From positions 577-64,576 of the forward strand of contig CAJMJM010000001.1 in NCBI GenBank assembly GCA_905213725.1: a stretch of DNA of 64,000 nt, written 5' to 3'. The notes under the pieces are model-generated. The model was not told where the DNA came from and ran no database searches. It worked only from the letters and a program-made list of their open reading frames with translations. Made by a program: the position numbers and the translations under genes. Of this stretch, positions 48,224-59,232 are shown one piece after another; within the stretch, counting starts at the first letter, position 1; every line of letters starts with the position of its first letter. Origin of the DNA: Collinsella aerofaciens. GTDB taxonomy: Bacteria > Actinomycetota > Coriobacteriia > Coriobacteriales > Coriobacteriaceae.

Positions 48224-49365
48224 CGGCCCTCATCTCCTTGCTGTTTGGGAACGGTGGCAAACACACGCCAGCCGCCGGCGCCGGCACGCGGGCCGGCGGT
48301 GAAGGTGCCGCCAAGCGCCTCGATGCGCTCGCGCATGGAGGCGAGCCCCATGCCCTCCGCGGTGCCGCGGCCGCTTGCTTGGACCTCACCCACGCCATCG
48401 TCGGTAACAATGAGCTGGTAAAACGACGGATGCTCCATGCACCGTACGGTGACGGTCTGGGCGCAAGCGTGGCGTATGGTATTGGAGAGCGCTTCGCGCA
48501 GGACCGCTGCAAAGCAGTTGGCGACGTTTGCGGGCGCATGTTCGGCCATAACTTCAAGCTCAATCTGCGGGCCGCCGTCCGAGCGTGTGCCTTCGACAAT
48601 GCGTTCGAGCTGCACGGAAAGGTCGACGGCGTTGTCGTTGAGCGCGTGGACGCTGGCGCGCACAAGCTGGAGCGCCTCGTCAACCGTGCGTTTAACGTCG
48701 GCGAAATCGGCGGCGACGCCAGGCTCGTCGGCGTGGACCACGCGTAGGGCTTCGGCCTGCAGTGAGGCGCGCGTGAGCTGGTGCCCGACGTTATCGTGGA
48801 TCTCGCGCGCGATGCGGGCGCGTTCGGCGAGCGTCGCGAGCTCGACTTCGTAGTCCTGGCGATCGGCAAGATCGCGGTTGCGCGCCTCGAGCGCGAGGGC
48901 TCGTTCCTGCAGCTCGTCGCGGGTGCGGCGCATGCGCCGCTGCTCGCGCTCCAACTGGGCGGTGCGTAGCGATAGCAAGGTGGCGGCAACCGAAAGGATG
49001 GCGGTCAGCAGGAGCGTTCGTGCGGTAAGCGCATCGGCGCGAAGGTCCGCGACGAGCGCAAAGGCAAAGACGGAGCCAATGCCCAACGCGACCCAGGCGT
49101 GCTCGCGGCGCACGCGTCGCGCGATGTCATAGAGGGCGAGAGGCGCAAACGGCACAAACGGCGGCACGAAGACAGCCGCGATGATGCAGGCGTAGCTCGC
49201 TGCCTCGCTTGCGCGTCGGGTGCGTTTCCCCTGTGCGACCTCGGCCAGCGAGGTGGCAATAATGCCAAGGCAAAACGCCACAACCAGACGAGCGTCCACG
49301 GCAAGACCCATGGCGGCCGCAATACAGCACGCCAGCACGATCGATTTGTCGAAAAGCCTGTTCAT
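48220..49365 (-). CDS. HisKA_3-type sensor histidine kinase with membrane-only N-terminal domain (intramembrane-sensing type)
   Basis: Start at MNRLFDKS (ATG complement 49363-49365); 4-5 TM helices without a sizeable extracellular loop; H-box EIHDNVGHQLT; HATPase C-terminal. Confidence 0.8.
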   Translation of the reverse strand: MNRLFDKSIVLACCIAAAMGLAVDARLVVAFCLGIIATSLAEVAQGKRTRRASEAASYACIIAAVFVPPFVPFAPLALYDIARRVRREHAWVALGIGSVFAFALVADLRADALTARTLLLTAILSVAATLLSLRTAQLEREQRRMRRTRDELQERALALEARNRDLADRQDYEVELATLAERARIAREIHDNVGHQLTRASLQAEALRVVHADEPGVAADFADVKRTVDEALQLVRASVHALNDNAVDLSVQLERIVEGTRSDGGPQIELEVMAEHAPANVANCFAAVLREALSNTIRHACAQTVTVRCMEHPSFYQLIVTDDGVGEVQASGRGTAEGMGLASMRERIEALGGTFTAGPRAGAGGWRVFATVPKQQGDEGR

Positions 49366-49564
49366 ACGGGTATTGTACGCGAAGCTACGCGTGGTGGAGG
49401 GGCCGCCTAGCGCAACCGTGACATTCCTCCCGCACGGTGGGGCGGTCGCGTCAGCGGGCCACGCGACCGAGCCCCCGCACTCGTGACAAAGCTCACTGGT
49501 GCGCGCCGTCCGCTCCTGCGATGATGCAATCGTACCGGGCCGCAATCAACAGAAGGGCCGCCTC

Positions 49565-50503
49565 ATGACAGACATCGTCCACGTCGAAAACCTCGTCAAG
49601 CGCTACGACGATCTTATCGCGCTCGACCACTTTAACCTGAGCATTGCCCCCGGCGAGATCTTTGGCCTGCTGGGCCCCAACGGCTCGGGCAAGACTACGT
49701 CCATCAACTGTATTCTGCAGCTGCTTGCCTACGACAAAGGCGCCATCGAGCTGTTCGGCGAACCCATGACGCCCGCCCGCTACGACCTCAAGCGCCGCAT
49801 CGGCGTGGTGCCGCAGCAGGTGGCGGTGTTTGACGAGCTCACGGTGCGCGAGAACATCGACTATTTCTGCAGCCTTTACGTCAACGACCGCAAGCGCCGC
49901 CGCGCGCTGGTGGACGAGGCCATCGACTTTGTCGGGCTGGGCGACTTTACCAAGTTCCGCCCCGGTAAGCTCTCGGGCGGCCTAGCGCGACGCCTCAACA
50001 TCGCCTGCGGTATCGCGCACAAGCCCGAGCTCATCTTCTTTGACGAGCCCACGGTGGCGGTCGACCCGCAGAGCCGCAACGCCATCCTGGAGGGCATCTG
50101 CCGCCTGCGCGACGAGGGCGCCACAGTGGTGTATACCAGCCATTACATGGAGGAAGTCGAGCAGATTTGCAGCCGCATCATGATCATGGACGGCGGGCGC
50201 GTGCTGGCGCAGGGCACCAACGACGAGCTCAAGCGCATGATTCAGATGGGCGAGCGCGTGACCGTCGAGGTCGGCGCCGTCGAGGCCGCCACGGTCGAGC
50301 GGCTGCGCGCCCTCGAGCATGTGCTTTCGGTTGAGCTGTCCGGCGGCGAGCTCGTCTGCACCTGCGAGGCGAGTCCGCACAATCTGGTCGACATCCTCGA
50401 CACGCTGCGCACCGCCGACGTTGCGCTCGGCCGCGTGTGGAGCGAGCCGCCGACCCTCAACGACGTGTTCCTCGAGATCACCGGCCGCGAGCTGCGCGAC
50501 TAG
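49565..50503 (+). CDS. ABC transporter ATP-binding protein (ABC-2 exporter type)
   Basis: Start MTDIVHVENL (ATG 49565); GPNGSGKTT, LSGGLARR, IFFDEPT. Confidence 0.85.
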   Translation: MTDIVHVENLVKRYDDLIALDHFNLSIAPGEIFGLLGPNGSGKTTSINCILQLLAYDKGAIELFGEPMTPARYDLKRRIGVVPQQVAVFDELTVRENIDYFCSLYVNDRKRRRALVDEAIDFVGLGDFTKFRPGKLSGGLARRLNIACGIAHKPELIFFDEPTVAVDPQSRNAILEGICRLRDEGATVVYTSHYMEEVEQICSRIMIMDGGRVLAQGTNDELKRMIQMGERVTVEVGAVEAATVERLRALEHVLSVELSGGELVCTCEASPHNLVDILDTLRTADVALGRVWSEPPTLNDVFLEITGRELRD

Positions 50504-50512
50504 GGGGCGGCC

Positions 50513-51700
50513 ATGTTCAACACTATCATCACCACGGTCAAGACGCTGCTGCGTCGGCCGAGCACATTGGTCTGGGGCGCGGTCTTTCCCATCGCGCTTT
50601 CCACGATGTTCATGTTTATGTTTGCGAATCTGAGCTCCGACGGCACGGTCGACCCGGTGCCGGTGGCCGTTGTCGCTGACGAAGCCTGGGACGCCTCGAC
50701 CTTTAAGGATGTGGCGACGTCGCTTGCCAAGGAGGGCGACGACCAGCTGCTCGAGATCCACGAGTGCGACGATGCAGCCGACGCGAACCGTGCGCTTAAG
50801 GCCGGCGAGGTCGCGGGCATCTATACGGTCGACGACGCGGGCACGCCCAAGCTCACGCTGCTTTCGAGCTATGACAACTCGCGCGCCTCGTCGGTGCTCA
50901 CCGACCGCAGCATTCTGGAGACGGTGGCAAGCTCGTATACGCAAAATGCCGAGCTCATGTCCCAGATTGCCCAGGACAACCCGGCGGCGCTCGCCGACCC
51001 GGAGGCGGTTGCGCGCGCCCTGTCGCTCGAGGGCGGCACCCGCCGCGTTAGCCTGACGCGCACCACGCCCGATGGCACGGTCATCTACTACTACGCGCTC
51101 TTTGGCCTGGTTGCGATGATGTCTGCCGAGTTTGCTGCCTTGAGCGTCGTCGATTTGCAGCCCAATCTGTCGGGCCTTGGCGCGCGCCGCTGCGTGGGCG
51201 GCCTTTCCAAGACGGCGTCGCTGGCCGGCATCTTTGTCGGCTCGTGGCTGGTCTCCTTCGCCTCGATGACGATCGCGATTGGCTATGTGCGCCTGGTCGT
51301 GGGCGTCGACTTTGGCGGGCGCGAGGGACTGTGTCTGGTGGGCGGCGCCGCTTCCGCGCTTGCCGCCACGGGCCTGGGGCTCTTTGTGGGCACGCTTCCC
51401 GTTAAGGGCGGCAAGGCGTCCAAGTCCGGCATCCTTACGGGCTTTGCTACCACGTGCGCCCTGTTCGCCGGCCTCTACGGCGAGCCGGCGATGGCGCTTG
51501 CCGACGACGTCGCCCGCGCCTGCCCTGCCGAGTGCTGGCTCAACCCCGTCAAGCTTATCTGCGACATGTTCAACCGCCTGTATTTCTTTGAGGACCTGGG
51601 CCCCTTTGCCGTTCGCGCCGGCGCACTGGTCCTTATGGCGCTGCTGTTCGTTGCCGCCGCCACGCTGATCTTTGGAAGGAGCCGCTATGAGCACCTTTAA
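50513..51700 (+). CDS. ABC-2 family permease
   Basis: 395 aa, 6 TM with large first extracytoplasmic loop. Confidence 0.7.
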   Translation: MFNTIITTVKTLLRRPSTLVWGAVFPIALSTMFMFMFANLSSDGTVDPVPVAVVADEAWDASTFKDVATSLAKEGDDQLLEIHECDDAADANRALKAGEVAGIYTVDDAGTPKLTLLSSYDNSRASSVLTDRSILETVASSYTQNAELMSQIAQDNPAALADPEAVARALSLEGGTRRVSLTRTTPDGTVIYYYALFGLVAMMSAEFAALSVVDLQPNLSGLGARRCVGGLSKTASLAGIFVGSWLVSFASMTIAIGYVRLVVGVDFGGREGLCLVGGAASALAATGLGLFVGTLPVKGGKASKSGILTGFATTCALFAGLYGEPAMALADDVARACPAECWLNPVKLICDMFNRLYFFEDLGPFAVRAGALVLMALLFVAAATLIFGRSRYEHL

Positions 51701-52892
51701 GACCGCGCTTCGCATGGCGCTGGCGCACCCGTTCTACCTGCTCATCTATACGGTGTTCATCTCGCTCATGGGCGTATTCATCGCGGCATCGGTGAGCTGG
51801 AACTCGTCGCAGTTCACCGAGTACAAGCCCTACGATGCCAACGTGATTGTGGTCGACCGCGACGACAGCGACCTTTCGCGTGCGCTTACCAAGCATCTGG
51901 GTTCGCGCTTTGAGCTGGTCACGGGCGTCGGCGACGATGCGTACAATCTTGCGGACGCGCTCTCCAAGAGCAACAGTGCCAAGGGCAGCGCCGACTGCGT
52001 GTTCTTTATCCCGGAGGGGTTTGAGGGCGACCTCGTTGCGGCCGCTTGCGCGGGGGAGTCCCTGCCCAAACTCGACGTGACGTACGGCTCCGGCACCATG
52101 GCGGCGGCGCTTTCGTCTGCCGAGGCCTCGCGCTGGATCTCGCTCGCGGGCGCTGCGGCGGCACTTGAGCCCACTGCCTCCAACGGTGACGTCGCCAAGG
52201 CGGCCGAGCATGCGGCCGCGAAGCGTGCGGAGGTCGAGATCGATCAGGTCAAGGTCGACTCGACGGCCGCCGCCACGCTCGAGTCGTATTTCAACTTTGG
52301 TGCGTACGCGATTATCTCGTCGGTCATCGTGTCGGTGGGTCTGGTGTTCTCGGGCATGAACGAGCCCGAGCGCGTGCGTCGTATGGATGCCGGTCCAATC
52401 TCCGAGCGCCGGCGCTCGCTTGCCGTGTTTGCGGCCGCCGCCGTGATCACCGTCTGCATCTGGTTTGTGTCGAGCATGATGGGCGTCGTGGGCTTTGCCG
52501 GTGCGGTCGCTGAGGTTGGCGTGGACCGTGTGTGCTTGGCGCTGGCAGCGACGTTTGCCCTGGCGTGCACGCCGCTGGCCGTTGGCTTTGCGCTGTCGAG
52601 CCTGGGTGCGCGCGAGGAGCTGCTCAACGGCGTGGGCAACTTACTCGGCATGCTCATGACGTTTTTGGGCGGCGCCTGGATGCCGCTGTCGCTCATGGGC
52701 TCGGCCGTGCAGACCGTGGCGCATTTTGTGCCGACATATTGGGTGAACGACGCGATCAGCAAGGCACTCGCCTCGGATTTAACGTCCACCGTGCTGGGCG
52801 ACATCGCCTGCGACCTGGGCGTCACGGCACTCTTCGCCGTGGCCATCGCCGCCGCAGGCCTCGCCCTCGCACGCACCAAATCCCACGCCTAG
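51687..52892 (+). CDS. ABC-2 family permease (second)
   Basis: Start MSTFKTAL at 51687 after GGAAGGA. Confidence 0.7.
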   Translation: MSTFKTALRMALAHPFYLLIYTVFISLMGVFIAASVSWNSSQFTEYKPYDANVIVVDRDDSDLSRALTKHLGSRFELVTGVGDDAYNLADALSKSNSAKGSADCVFFIPEGFEGDLVAAACAGESLPKLDVTYGSGTMAAALSSAEASRWISLAGAAAALEPTASNGDVAKAAEHAAAKRAEVEIDQVKVDSTAAATLESYFNFGAYAIISSVIVSVGLVFSGMNEPERVRRMDAGPISERRRSLAVFAAAAVITVCIWFVSSMMGVVGFAGAVAEVGVDRVCLALAATFALACTPLAVGFALSSLGAREELLNGVGNLLGMLMTFLGGAWMPLSLMGSAVQTVAHFVPTYWVNDAISKALASDLTSTVLGDIACDLGVTALFAVAIAAAGLALARTKSHA

Positions 52893-53020
52893 CCACCTAG
52901 TCATTTAAGAACGTCCCCAATGACTGGTCTGAAATAAATCCCAAGCCTCGCTCCAAAATAGTTCGCCAAGGTTTACTATTACGCTCATAAAGTAGTATGA
53001 GGCTAACAATGGGGGATACC

Positions 53021-53734
53021 ATGGCAACGCAGGAAGCCTATGTCCAGGTTAAGGATCTCAAAAAGCATTACGGCGACGGTGATGCACGCCTGACGGTACT
53101 CGATGGCATCGACGCGTCCATCAACCGCGGCGAGATCTGCGTCATGCTGGGGCCCTCGGGCTCGGGCAAGTCGACCTTTCTCAACCTGATCGGCGGCCTG
53201 GAGGATGCCGACGGCGGTTCTATCATGGTGGACGGCTGCGACCTCACGGTGCTCAAGCCTACCGACCTGGGCGAGTATCGCCGCCGTGAGCTGGGCTTTG
53301 TCTTTCAGTTCTACAACCTGGTGCCCGACCTCACCATCAAGGAAAACATCGAGGTCACGGCACACCTGTCCAAAAAGCCGCTCAACATTGACGGCCTGCT
53401 ACGCTCGCTGGGCCTCTACGAGCACCGCAACAAGTTCCCGCGCCAGGTTTCGGGCGGCCAGCAGCAGCGCTGCGCCATCGGCCGTGCGCTCGTCAAAAAC
53501 CCGGGCCTGCTGCTGTGCGACGAGCCCACCGGTGCGCTCGACTATAAGACGTCCAAGGAAATCTTGCAGCTCATGGAGGATGTCAACCGCACCTACGGCT
53601 GCACCATCATCATTGTCACCCACAATGCCGCCATCGCGCGCATGGCCAATCGCGTGCTGCGCCTGCGCGACGGGCGCATCGTCGAGGATGAGCTCAACGA
53701 GTCGCCCGTCTCGGCCGCCGAGCTCGATTGGTAG
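53021..53734 (+). CDS. MacB/FtsE-type ABC transporter ATP-binding protein
   Basis: [28 protein letters not shown]. Confidence 0.85.
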   Translation: MATQEAYVQVKDLKKHYGDGDARLTVLDGIDASINRGEICVMLGPSGSGKSTFLNLIGGLEDADGGSIMVDGCDLTVLKPTDLGEYRRRELGFVFQFYNLVPDLTIKENIEVTAHLSKKPLNIDGLLRSLGLYEHRNKFPRQVSGGQQQRCAIGRALVKNPGLLLCDEPTGALDYKTSKEILQLMEDVNRTYGCTIIIVTHNAAIARMANRVLRLRDGRIVEDELNESPVSAAELDW

Positions 53735-53742
53735 GCGGCGCC

Positions 53743-56409
53743 ATGACACCTCTCGCAAAACGTCTTCCACGCGAGCTGCGCCGCAATATCGGCAAGTACC
53801 TGGGCATCTTTTTGCTTATGTGTGGAAGTATCGCTCTCACCTCGGGCTTTTTGCTCGCGGCGCATTCCATCGGCTGCCTTATCGATGACATGCGCGATGC
53901 GTACACGATTGAGGACGGCCGCGTGACCACCTCCTTCGAGGCGACCGAGGAACAACTCAAGGCAGCCGAGGACGCGGCCGACGACGTCGGCGGCGTCACG
54001 CTCTACAAGAATTTCTCCATCGACGCCATCATCAAAAAGGCGTCCGGCGACGACGGCACCAAGCGCACGCTGCGCACCTATGCGCACCGCACCAAGGTCG
54101 ATATCGCGTCCTACTGCGAAGGTAGGCGGCCTAAGGCGGACGACGAGGTGGCAATCGACCGTGTCTTCGCCACCAATAACAACCTGTCCGTGGGCGATAA
54201 AGTCGAGCTCGAGGGTCGCACCTACACCATCTGCGGCATCATGACCCAGCCCGATAGCCAGGCGCTGTTCCTCAACAATTCGGACTTTACGGTGAACACC
54301 ATCACGTACGGTGTGGCCGAGGTCACCGACGCCGGCTTTGCCGCGCTTAAGGACGCCGGCGGCGCGCCTGCCTACACCTACTCCTTTACCTTTACCGATC
54401 GCGATCTCTCCACCGCGGATCGCGTCGATGCGGAGCAGGATATGGTGGAGGCGCTCACCGATGCCGATGCACGCGTGGATGACCTCATCGACGCCGATTC
54501 CAACCAGGGTATTGGCTACGCGCGCGACGACGTGGACGGCGACTCCACGATGTGGATGACGCTGCTCGACATCATCATCGTGATCATGGCGTTTGTCTTT
54601 GTGGTGCTCACCGACGCCACCATCGAGGAGGAGAGCGCCATCATCGGCACGCTGCTCGCCAGCGGCTACCGCCGCCGCGAGATCATGCTGCACTACCTGG
54701 CACTTCCCGCCATCGTGGGCGTGGTCGCGGCGCTTTTGGGCACTGCGCTCGGCGTTGTGTTCTTTACCGAGCCCATGCGCAGCCTCTATTACGGTTCGTA
54801 CAGCCTGCCGCCCTTCCAGGTGTACTGGAGCTGGGAGATCTTTGTGAAGTGCGCCGTGGTTCCCGCCGCCGCGCTCATCCTCATCACGCTGGTGGGCCTG
54901 TTTCGCAAAATGGGCAAGACGCCGTTGCAGTTCCTTCGTCACGAGGCGGGCGGCAAGTCGGGCACCAAGCGCGGCCTGCAGCTGCCGGAGCGCATGGGCT
55001 TTGTCTCGCGCTTCCGCCTGCGCATCTTCCTGCGTAATCTGGGCAACTTCGCCACGCTTTTCGTGGGCATTGCGTTTGCCTCGCTGCTACTGCTCTTTGG
55101 CCTGGCGATTCTGCCCACGATGACGCACTACGCCGACAACCTCGAGACAAGCCTGGTCGCCGAGCACCAGTACACGCTCAAGGCGCCGCTGGAGCTCGAG
55201 GGTACTGCCGAGGAGCGCGAGCAGTGGTCGGCACTCGAGCGCTTACAATCGGTTGACGGCGCGCTGCTTTCCGCCGCCCAGGATGCCGATGACGAGCTTG
55301 ACGACGTGGCCGATGCGGCGCAGGCGGCAGCCGATGCCGCGACCGCATCCCCGTCTGCCGAGAGCCTGGCCGCAGCGCAGGGTGCGCTTGCCAAGGTCCA
55401 GGACAAGAAGGATGCGCTCTACGCGCGCCTTGACGATCTTGCCGATGCCCTCGGCTGCGACCGCGACGAGGCTATCGACCTGATCGACAAGGCCTCTAAG
55501 ATCGACGCCGACAACGACGACATTCACCCGGTCAACACGATCGACAACGGTGCAGGCGCAATCGCGCAGGCCGAGAAATACGCCGTCTACCAGCTGCAAT
55601 ACGATCGCGGCGACGGAAATGGCGAGGAGACGATTTCCGTTTACGGCATTTCATCCGATTCGCGCTATTGGAAAGACCTCAACGTCGGCGACGGACGCGT
55701 CGTCTTTGGCGGCGGCCTGCTCGACAAGTTTGGCTGGAGCGAGGGGCAGAAGGTCACGCTCCACGATAAGTATGAGGGCGAGAATTATTCTTTTGAGTTC
55801 GTGGGCAAGGACTGCGTTTGGGGCTCTAAATCGGATATGAATGTCTATATGAGTATCGATGACTTTAACAAGCTGTTCGACAACGATGCCGCCTACTTTA
55901 ACGGCTATGTGAGCGACGAGAAGCTCGACCTCGATGCTCGTTACTTTGCCGGCGACACCACGCCCGACGACATGCGCGCCGTAGGCGACCAGTTCATCGG
56001 CATGATGAGCAAAATGATCGGAATGATGATCGGGCTCGCGGTGTTTATCTTCTTGCTGTTTATGTACCTGCTGACCAAGGCTGTGATCGACCGCAGCGCC
56101 CGTTCGATCAGCTACATGAAAGTCTTTGGCTATCGCGATAGCGAGATCTCGCATCTGTACATCCGCTCGATCACGCTGTGCGTGGCGGCGTCGCTCGTGC
56201 TGAGCCTGCCGGTCATTATTGGCTCGCTCACGGCCATCTTCCGCTCGATGCTGCTCGCCTACAACGGCAATATCGAGATCTATGTGCCCGCTTGGTCCAT
56301 GGCTGCGTGCACAGGAATCGGCTTTGTGACCTACCTGGTCGTGGCGCTGCTGCACACGCGCTCCATCAAGCGCGTGAGCCTGGCCGAGGCCCTCAAGGTG
56401 CAGGAGTAG
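53743..56409 (+). CDS. duplicated FtsX-family ABC permease (8 TM, two large extracytoplasmic domains, acidic low-complexity insert)
   Basis: About 888 aa; two FtsX 4-TM modules; D/A-rich segment around aa 520-590. Confidence 0.8.
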   Translation: MTPLAKRLPRELRRNIGKYLGIFLLMCGSIALTSGFLLAAHSIGCLIDDMRDAYTIEDGRVTTSFEATEEQLKAAEDAADDVGGVTLYKNFSIDAIIKKASGDDGTKRTLRTYAHRTKVDIASYCEGRRPKADDEVAIDRVFATNNNLSVGDKVELEGRTYTICGIMTQPDSQALFLNNSDFTVNTITYGVAEVTDAGFAALKDAGGAPAYTYSFTFTDRDLSTADRVDAEQDMVEALTDADARVDDLIDADSNQGIGYARDDVDGDSTMWMTLLDIIIVIMAFVFVVLTDATIEEESAIIGTLLASGYRRREIMLHYLALPAIVGVVAALLGTALGVVFFTEPMRSLYYGSYSLPPFQVYWSWEIFVKCAVVPAAALILITLVGLFRKMGKTPLQFLRHEAGGKSGTKRGLQLPERMGFVSRFRLRIFLRNLGNFATLFVGIAFASLLLLFGLAILPTMTHYADNLETSLVAEHQYTLKAPLELEGTAEEREQWSALERLQSVDGALLSAAQDADDELDDVADAAQAAADAATASPSAESLAAAQGALAKVQDKKDALYARLDDLADALGCDRDEAIDLIDKASKIDADNDDIHPVNTIDNGAGAIAQAEKYAVYQLQYDRGDGNGEETISVYGISSDSRYWKDLNVGDGRVVFGGGLLDKFGWSEGQKVTLHDKYEGENYSFEFVGKDCVWGSKSDMNVYMSIDDFNKLFDNDAAYFNGYVSDEKLDLDARYFAGDTTPDDMRAVGDQFIGMMSKMIGMMIGLAVFIFLLFMYLLTKAVIDRSARSISYMKVFGYRDSEISHLYIRSITLCVAASLVLSLPVIIGSLTAIFRSMLLAYNGNIEIYVPAWSMAACTGIGFVTYLVVALLHTRSIKRVSLAEALKVQE

Positions 56410-56417
56410 TCCCTTAT

Positions 56418-56625
56418 TGGTCATTGGGGACGCTCTTAAACGACTAGTCGTCGGGGACAGTCTTTGCTGACTTGCCGGCTCGTCGGCCGTGCTGGCAAGG
56501 ACTGTCCCCAACTGCCGGCAGGAAAGGAACGTCCCTAGCTGCCAGGTGGCGAGGCACTCATTTAAGTCCGTCCCCAATGAGTGGTTTCAGCCATTTAAGT
56601 CTGTCCCCAATGAGTACCCAATGAC
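56418..56625. repeat. GGGGACAG/CTGTCCCC hairpin repeat cluster (REP-like family)
   Basis: CATTGGGGACG..., GGGGACAGTC, GACTGTCCCC, two ACTCATTTAAGTC(T/C)GTCCCCAATGA units; a short copy also at 52893-52925. Confidence 0.5.
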
Positions 56626-56710
56626 TAGGTGCCATACTTGACTTTAACTCTGCTTTAACTGGTACCATCCTCTATGTCTGTAACGCCATATAGACCGAGG
56701 GGATATATCT

Positions 56711-57916
56711 ATGACCGCAACTGCACCCGCAGCACCCGCTAAGGTGTACTTCACCAACCTGCGCACGCATGCTCGCGAGAGCCAGCTCGACAAACTCAAG
56801 CGCCTCATCCGTCACGCCGGTATTGAGCAGATCGACTTTGAGAACAAGTTCGTCGCCATTAAGATTCACTTTGGCGAGCTGGGCAACCTGAGCTTTTTGC
56901 GCCCCAACTACGCCCGCGCCGTCGCAGACGTCGTGAAAGAGCTGGGCGGCAAGCCCTTCCTCACCGACTGCAATACGCTCTATGTCGGTAGCCGCAAAAA
57001 CGCGCTCGAGCACATTGACACCGCCTACCAGAACGGCTTTACCCCGTATGCCACGGGTTGCCAGATCATCATCGCCGACGGCCTCAAGGGCACCGACGAG
57101 GCGCTTGTCCCGGTCGAGGGCGGCGAGTACGTGCACGAGGCCAAGATCGGTCAGGCGCTCATGGATGCCGATATCGTGATCAGCCTCACCCACTTTAAGG
57201 GCCATGAGCAGGCCGGTTTTGGCGGCGCCATGAAGAACCTGGGCATGGGAGGCGGCAGCCGTGCCGGCAAGATGGAGCAGCATGCCGCCGGCAAGCCGAA
57301 CGTCGCGACCGAGCACTGCGTTGGCTGCCATGCCTGCGAAAAGATCTGCGCGCACAACGCTATCTCGTTCGACGGCACCCGCGAGCGCGAGCTTGCCAGC
57401 GGCGCCACTCGCACGGTGCACGTGGCTGCCATCGACCACGATCGCTGCGTGGGCTGCGGACGCTGCATTGCGGCATGCAACCAGGACTGCATCAAGCCCG
57501 GTTATGAGGCCGCGGCCGACGTGCTCAACTGCAAGATCGCCGAGTACACCAAGGCCGTTGTCCAGGATCGTCCCAGCTTCCACATTTCGCTGGCTATGGA
57601 TATCAGCCCCAACTGCGACTGCCATCCCGAAAACGATACGCCTATCGTCAGCGACATCGGCATGTTCGCGAGCTTCGACCCGGTCGCCATCGACCAGGCC
57701 TGCGCCGACGCCGTCATGGCGTCCGAGCCGCTGCCCAACACCGAGCTCACCGACAGCGCGGCCAAGATGGAGCACAACCACGAGCATCTGGAGGGCGAGC
57801 AGGCCAAGGATCCCTTCTGCATCACGCATCCCGACACCGACTGGCGCGTGTGCATCGCGCACGCCGAGAAGATCGGCCTGGGCACGAGCAAGTACGAGCT
57901 CATCGAGGTCAAGTAG
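56711..57916 (+). CDS. DUF362 domain protein with 2x[4Fe-4S] ferredoxin insertion
   Basis: 401 aa; CVGCHACEKICAHNAI and CVGCGRCIAACNQDCI motifs inside a DUF362-like scaffold. Confidence 0.75.
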   Translation: MTATAPAAPAKVYFTNLRTHARESQLDKLKRLIRHAGIEQIDFENKFVAIKIHFGELGNLSFLRPNYARAVADVVKELGGKPFLTDCNTLYVGSRKNALEHIDTAYQNGFTPYATGCQIIIADGLKGTDEALVPVEGGEYVHEAKIGQALMDADIVISLTHFKGHEQAGFGGAMKNLGMGGGSRAGKMEQHAAGKPNVATEHCVGCHACEKICAHNAISFDGTRERELASGATRTVHVAAIDHDRCVGCGRCIAACNQDCIKPGYEAAADVLNCKIAEYTKAVVQDRPSFHISLAMDISPNCDCHPENDTPIVSDIGMFASFDPVAIDQACADAVMASEPLPNTELTDSAAKMEHNHEHLEGEQAKDPFCITHPDTDWRVCIAHAEKIGLGTSKYELIEVK

Positions 57917-57965
57917 CACCTAGCTATTGGACAAAATAAGCGCCTTTGTAGCGTAAGTTGAGCAA

Positions 57966-58003
57966 AAGCCGCCCACGAGCACAACGCTCGCGGGCGGCTT
58001 TTC
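57966..58003. terminator. bidirectional terminator between DUF362 gene and hydrolase gene
   Basis: AAGCCGCCCACGAGC-loop-GCTCGCGGGCGGCTT plus TT. Confidence 0.4.
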
Positions 58004-58080
58004 AGAAGTGTGGTGAAAAATCGAATACCGCCGACCACAAACCGATTTTTGGCAACAAAACCCCAGACGTTGCTTTTTGC

Positions 58081-59046
58081 CTAAAAATACTCGTCGAGGA
58101 AGTCGTCGACCGTGTTCCAGTAGAGTTCGGGGTCGACCTGCGCGCTCTTGGCGTGGGTGGCGCCATGGACGGTGAGCTTTTGCTTGACCTTGCTGGCGCA
58201 CGCGTCGTAGTTTTGGTCGAGCATGCTGTACGGCACAAAGGTGTCTTGGTCACCGTGGATAAACAGCATGGGAACCGTCGCGCGCTTGAGCTGTTCCACG
58301 CTGCTCGCCTTATGAAAGTCGTAGCCCGCGCGCACGTTGCACACCAAGTTTGCTACATCAAGCAAGGGAAAGCTGGGCAGGCCGAACACGTCCTTGAGCT
58401 GCAGGGAAAACTCGTCCCAAACACTCGTATAACCGCAGTCCTCGATAATGCATTTCACGTTTGCGGGCAGAGATTCCCCCGCGACGTTCATGGCGGTTGC
58501 CGCACCCATCGACTCGCCAAAGACCAGGATACGTGCCTCGGGGTCAGCCTGAACGATTCGCTCGATCCATGCGACGATGTCAAGGCGCTCGGGCCAGCCC
58601 ATGCCGATATAGTTGCCGCCGGAGCGCTCGTGGGCGCGGGCGGCGGGTGCGAGTACGTTCATGCCGCGGTCGTGGAATCGCTTGACGTATCGGGCCATAC
58701 CGATGGGCTCGTTGGTATATCCATGCAGGCAGACGGCGTAGTCGTGCGTGCTCTCCGACGCAGCAAAATACCAGGCGGCAAGCTCGGTCCCGTCGTCCGC
58801 GGTGAGGCTGCTGCTCTCGCGGTTCTCTTTAAACCATGCCCGCGCCTCGGTATCCTCGGCATCCGGCTGCTCACCTTCTTTGTCGTTCTTGCTATCCTGC
58901 ATCATCTTCATGGTGTATGGCGCGCGGGGATTCAGCGCGAAGTCAAACAGAAAGTTGCCGGCAAATCCGAGCAGCGCAACGACAACCACCAGTGCAATGA
59001 TGCCGGCTATCTTGAGCTTTCGATGGGAACGTGCGTTTTGAGCCAT
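58081..59046 (-). CDS. membrane-anchored alpha/beta hydrolase
   Basis: 321 aa; N-terminal TM helix; GxSxG (FGESMGAA) nucleophile elbow. Confidence 0.75.
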   Translation of the reverse strand: MAQNARSHRKLKIAGIIALVVVVALLGFAGNFLFDFALNPRAPYTMKMMQDSKNDKEGEQPDAEDTEARAWFKENRESSSLTADDGTELAAWYFAASESTHDYAVCLHGYTNEPIGMARYVKRFHDRGMNVLAPAARAHERSGGNYIGMGWPERLDIVAWIERIVQADPEARILVFGESMGAATAMNVAGESLPANVKCIIEDCGYTSVWDEFSLQLKDVFGLPSFPLLDVANLVCNVRAGYDFHKASSVEQLKRATVPMLFIHGDQDTFVPYSMLDQNYDACASKVKQKLTVHGATHAKSAQVDPELYWNTVDDFLDEYF

Positions 59047-59232
59047 GCGGTATTCTCCTATAAGATGTTAATACATCAACATTTAATGCAAGCGCATTAT
59101 GGACGTTCGCCGTTGATGCGTCAACAGGCAAAGAATGGGTAAACAAAGGGTCACGTATGGTGCAAATTTCGCACGTACCTAGACGCTTTGATATAGTGTT
59201 GAGAACTCTTTACGTTGGAGGATGTAACCGGC

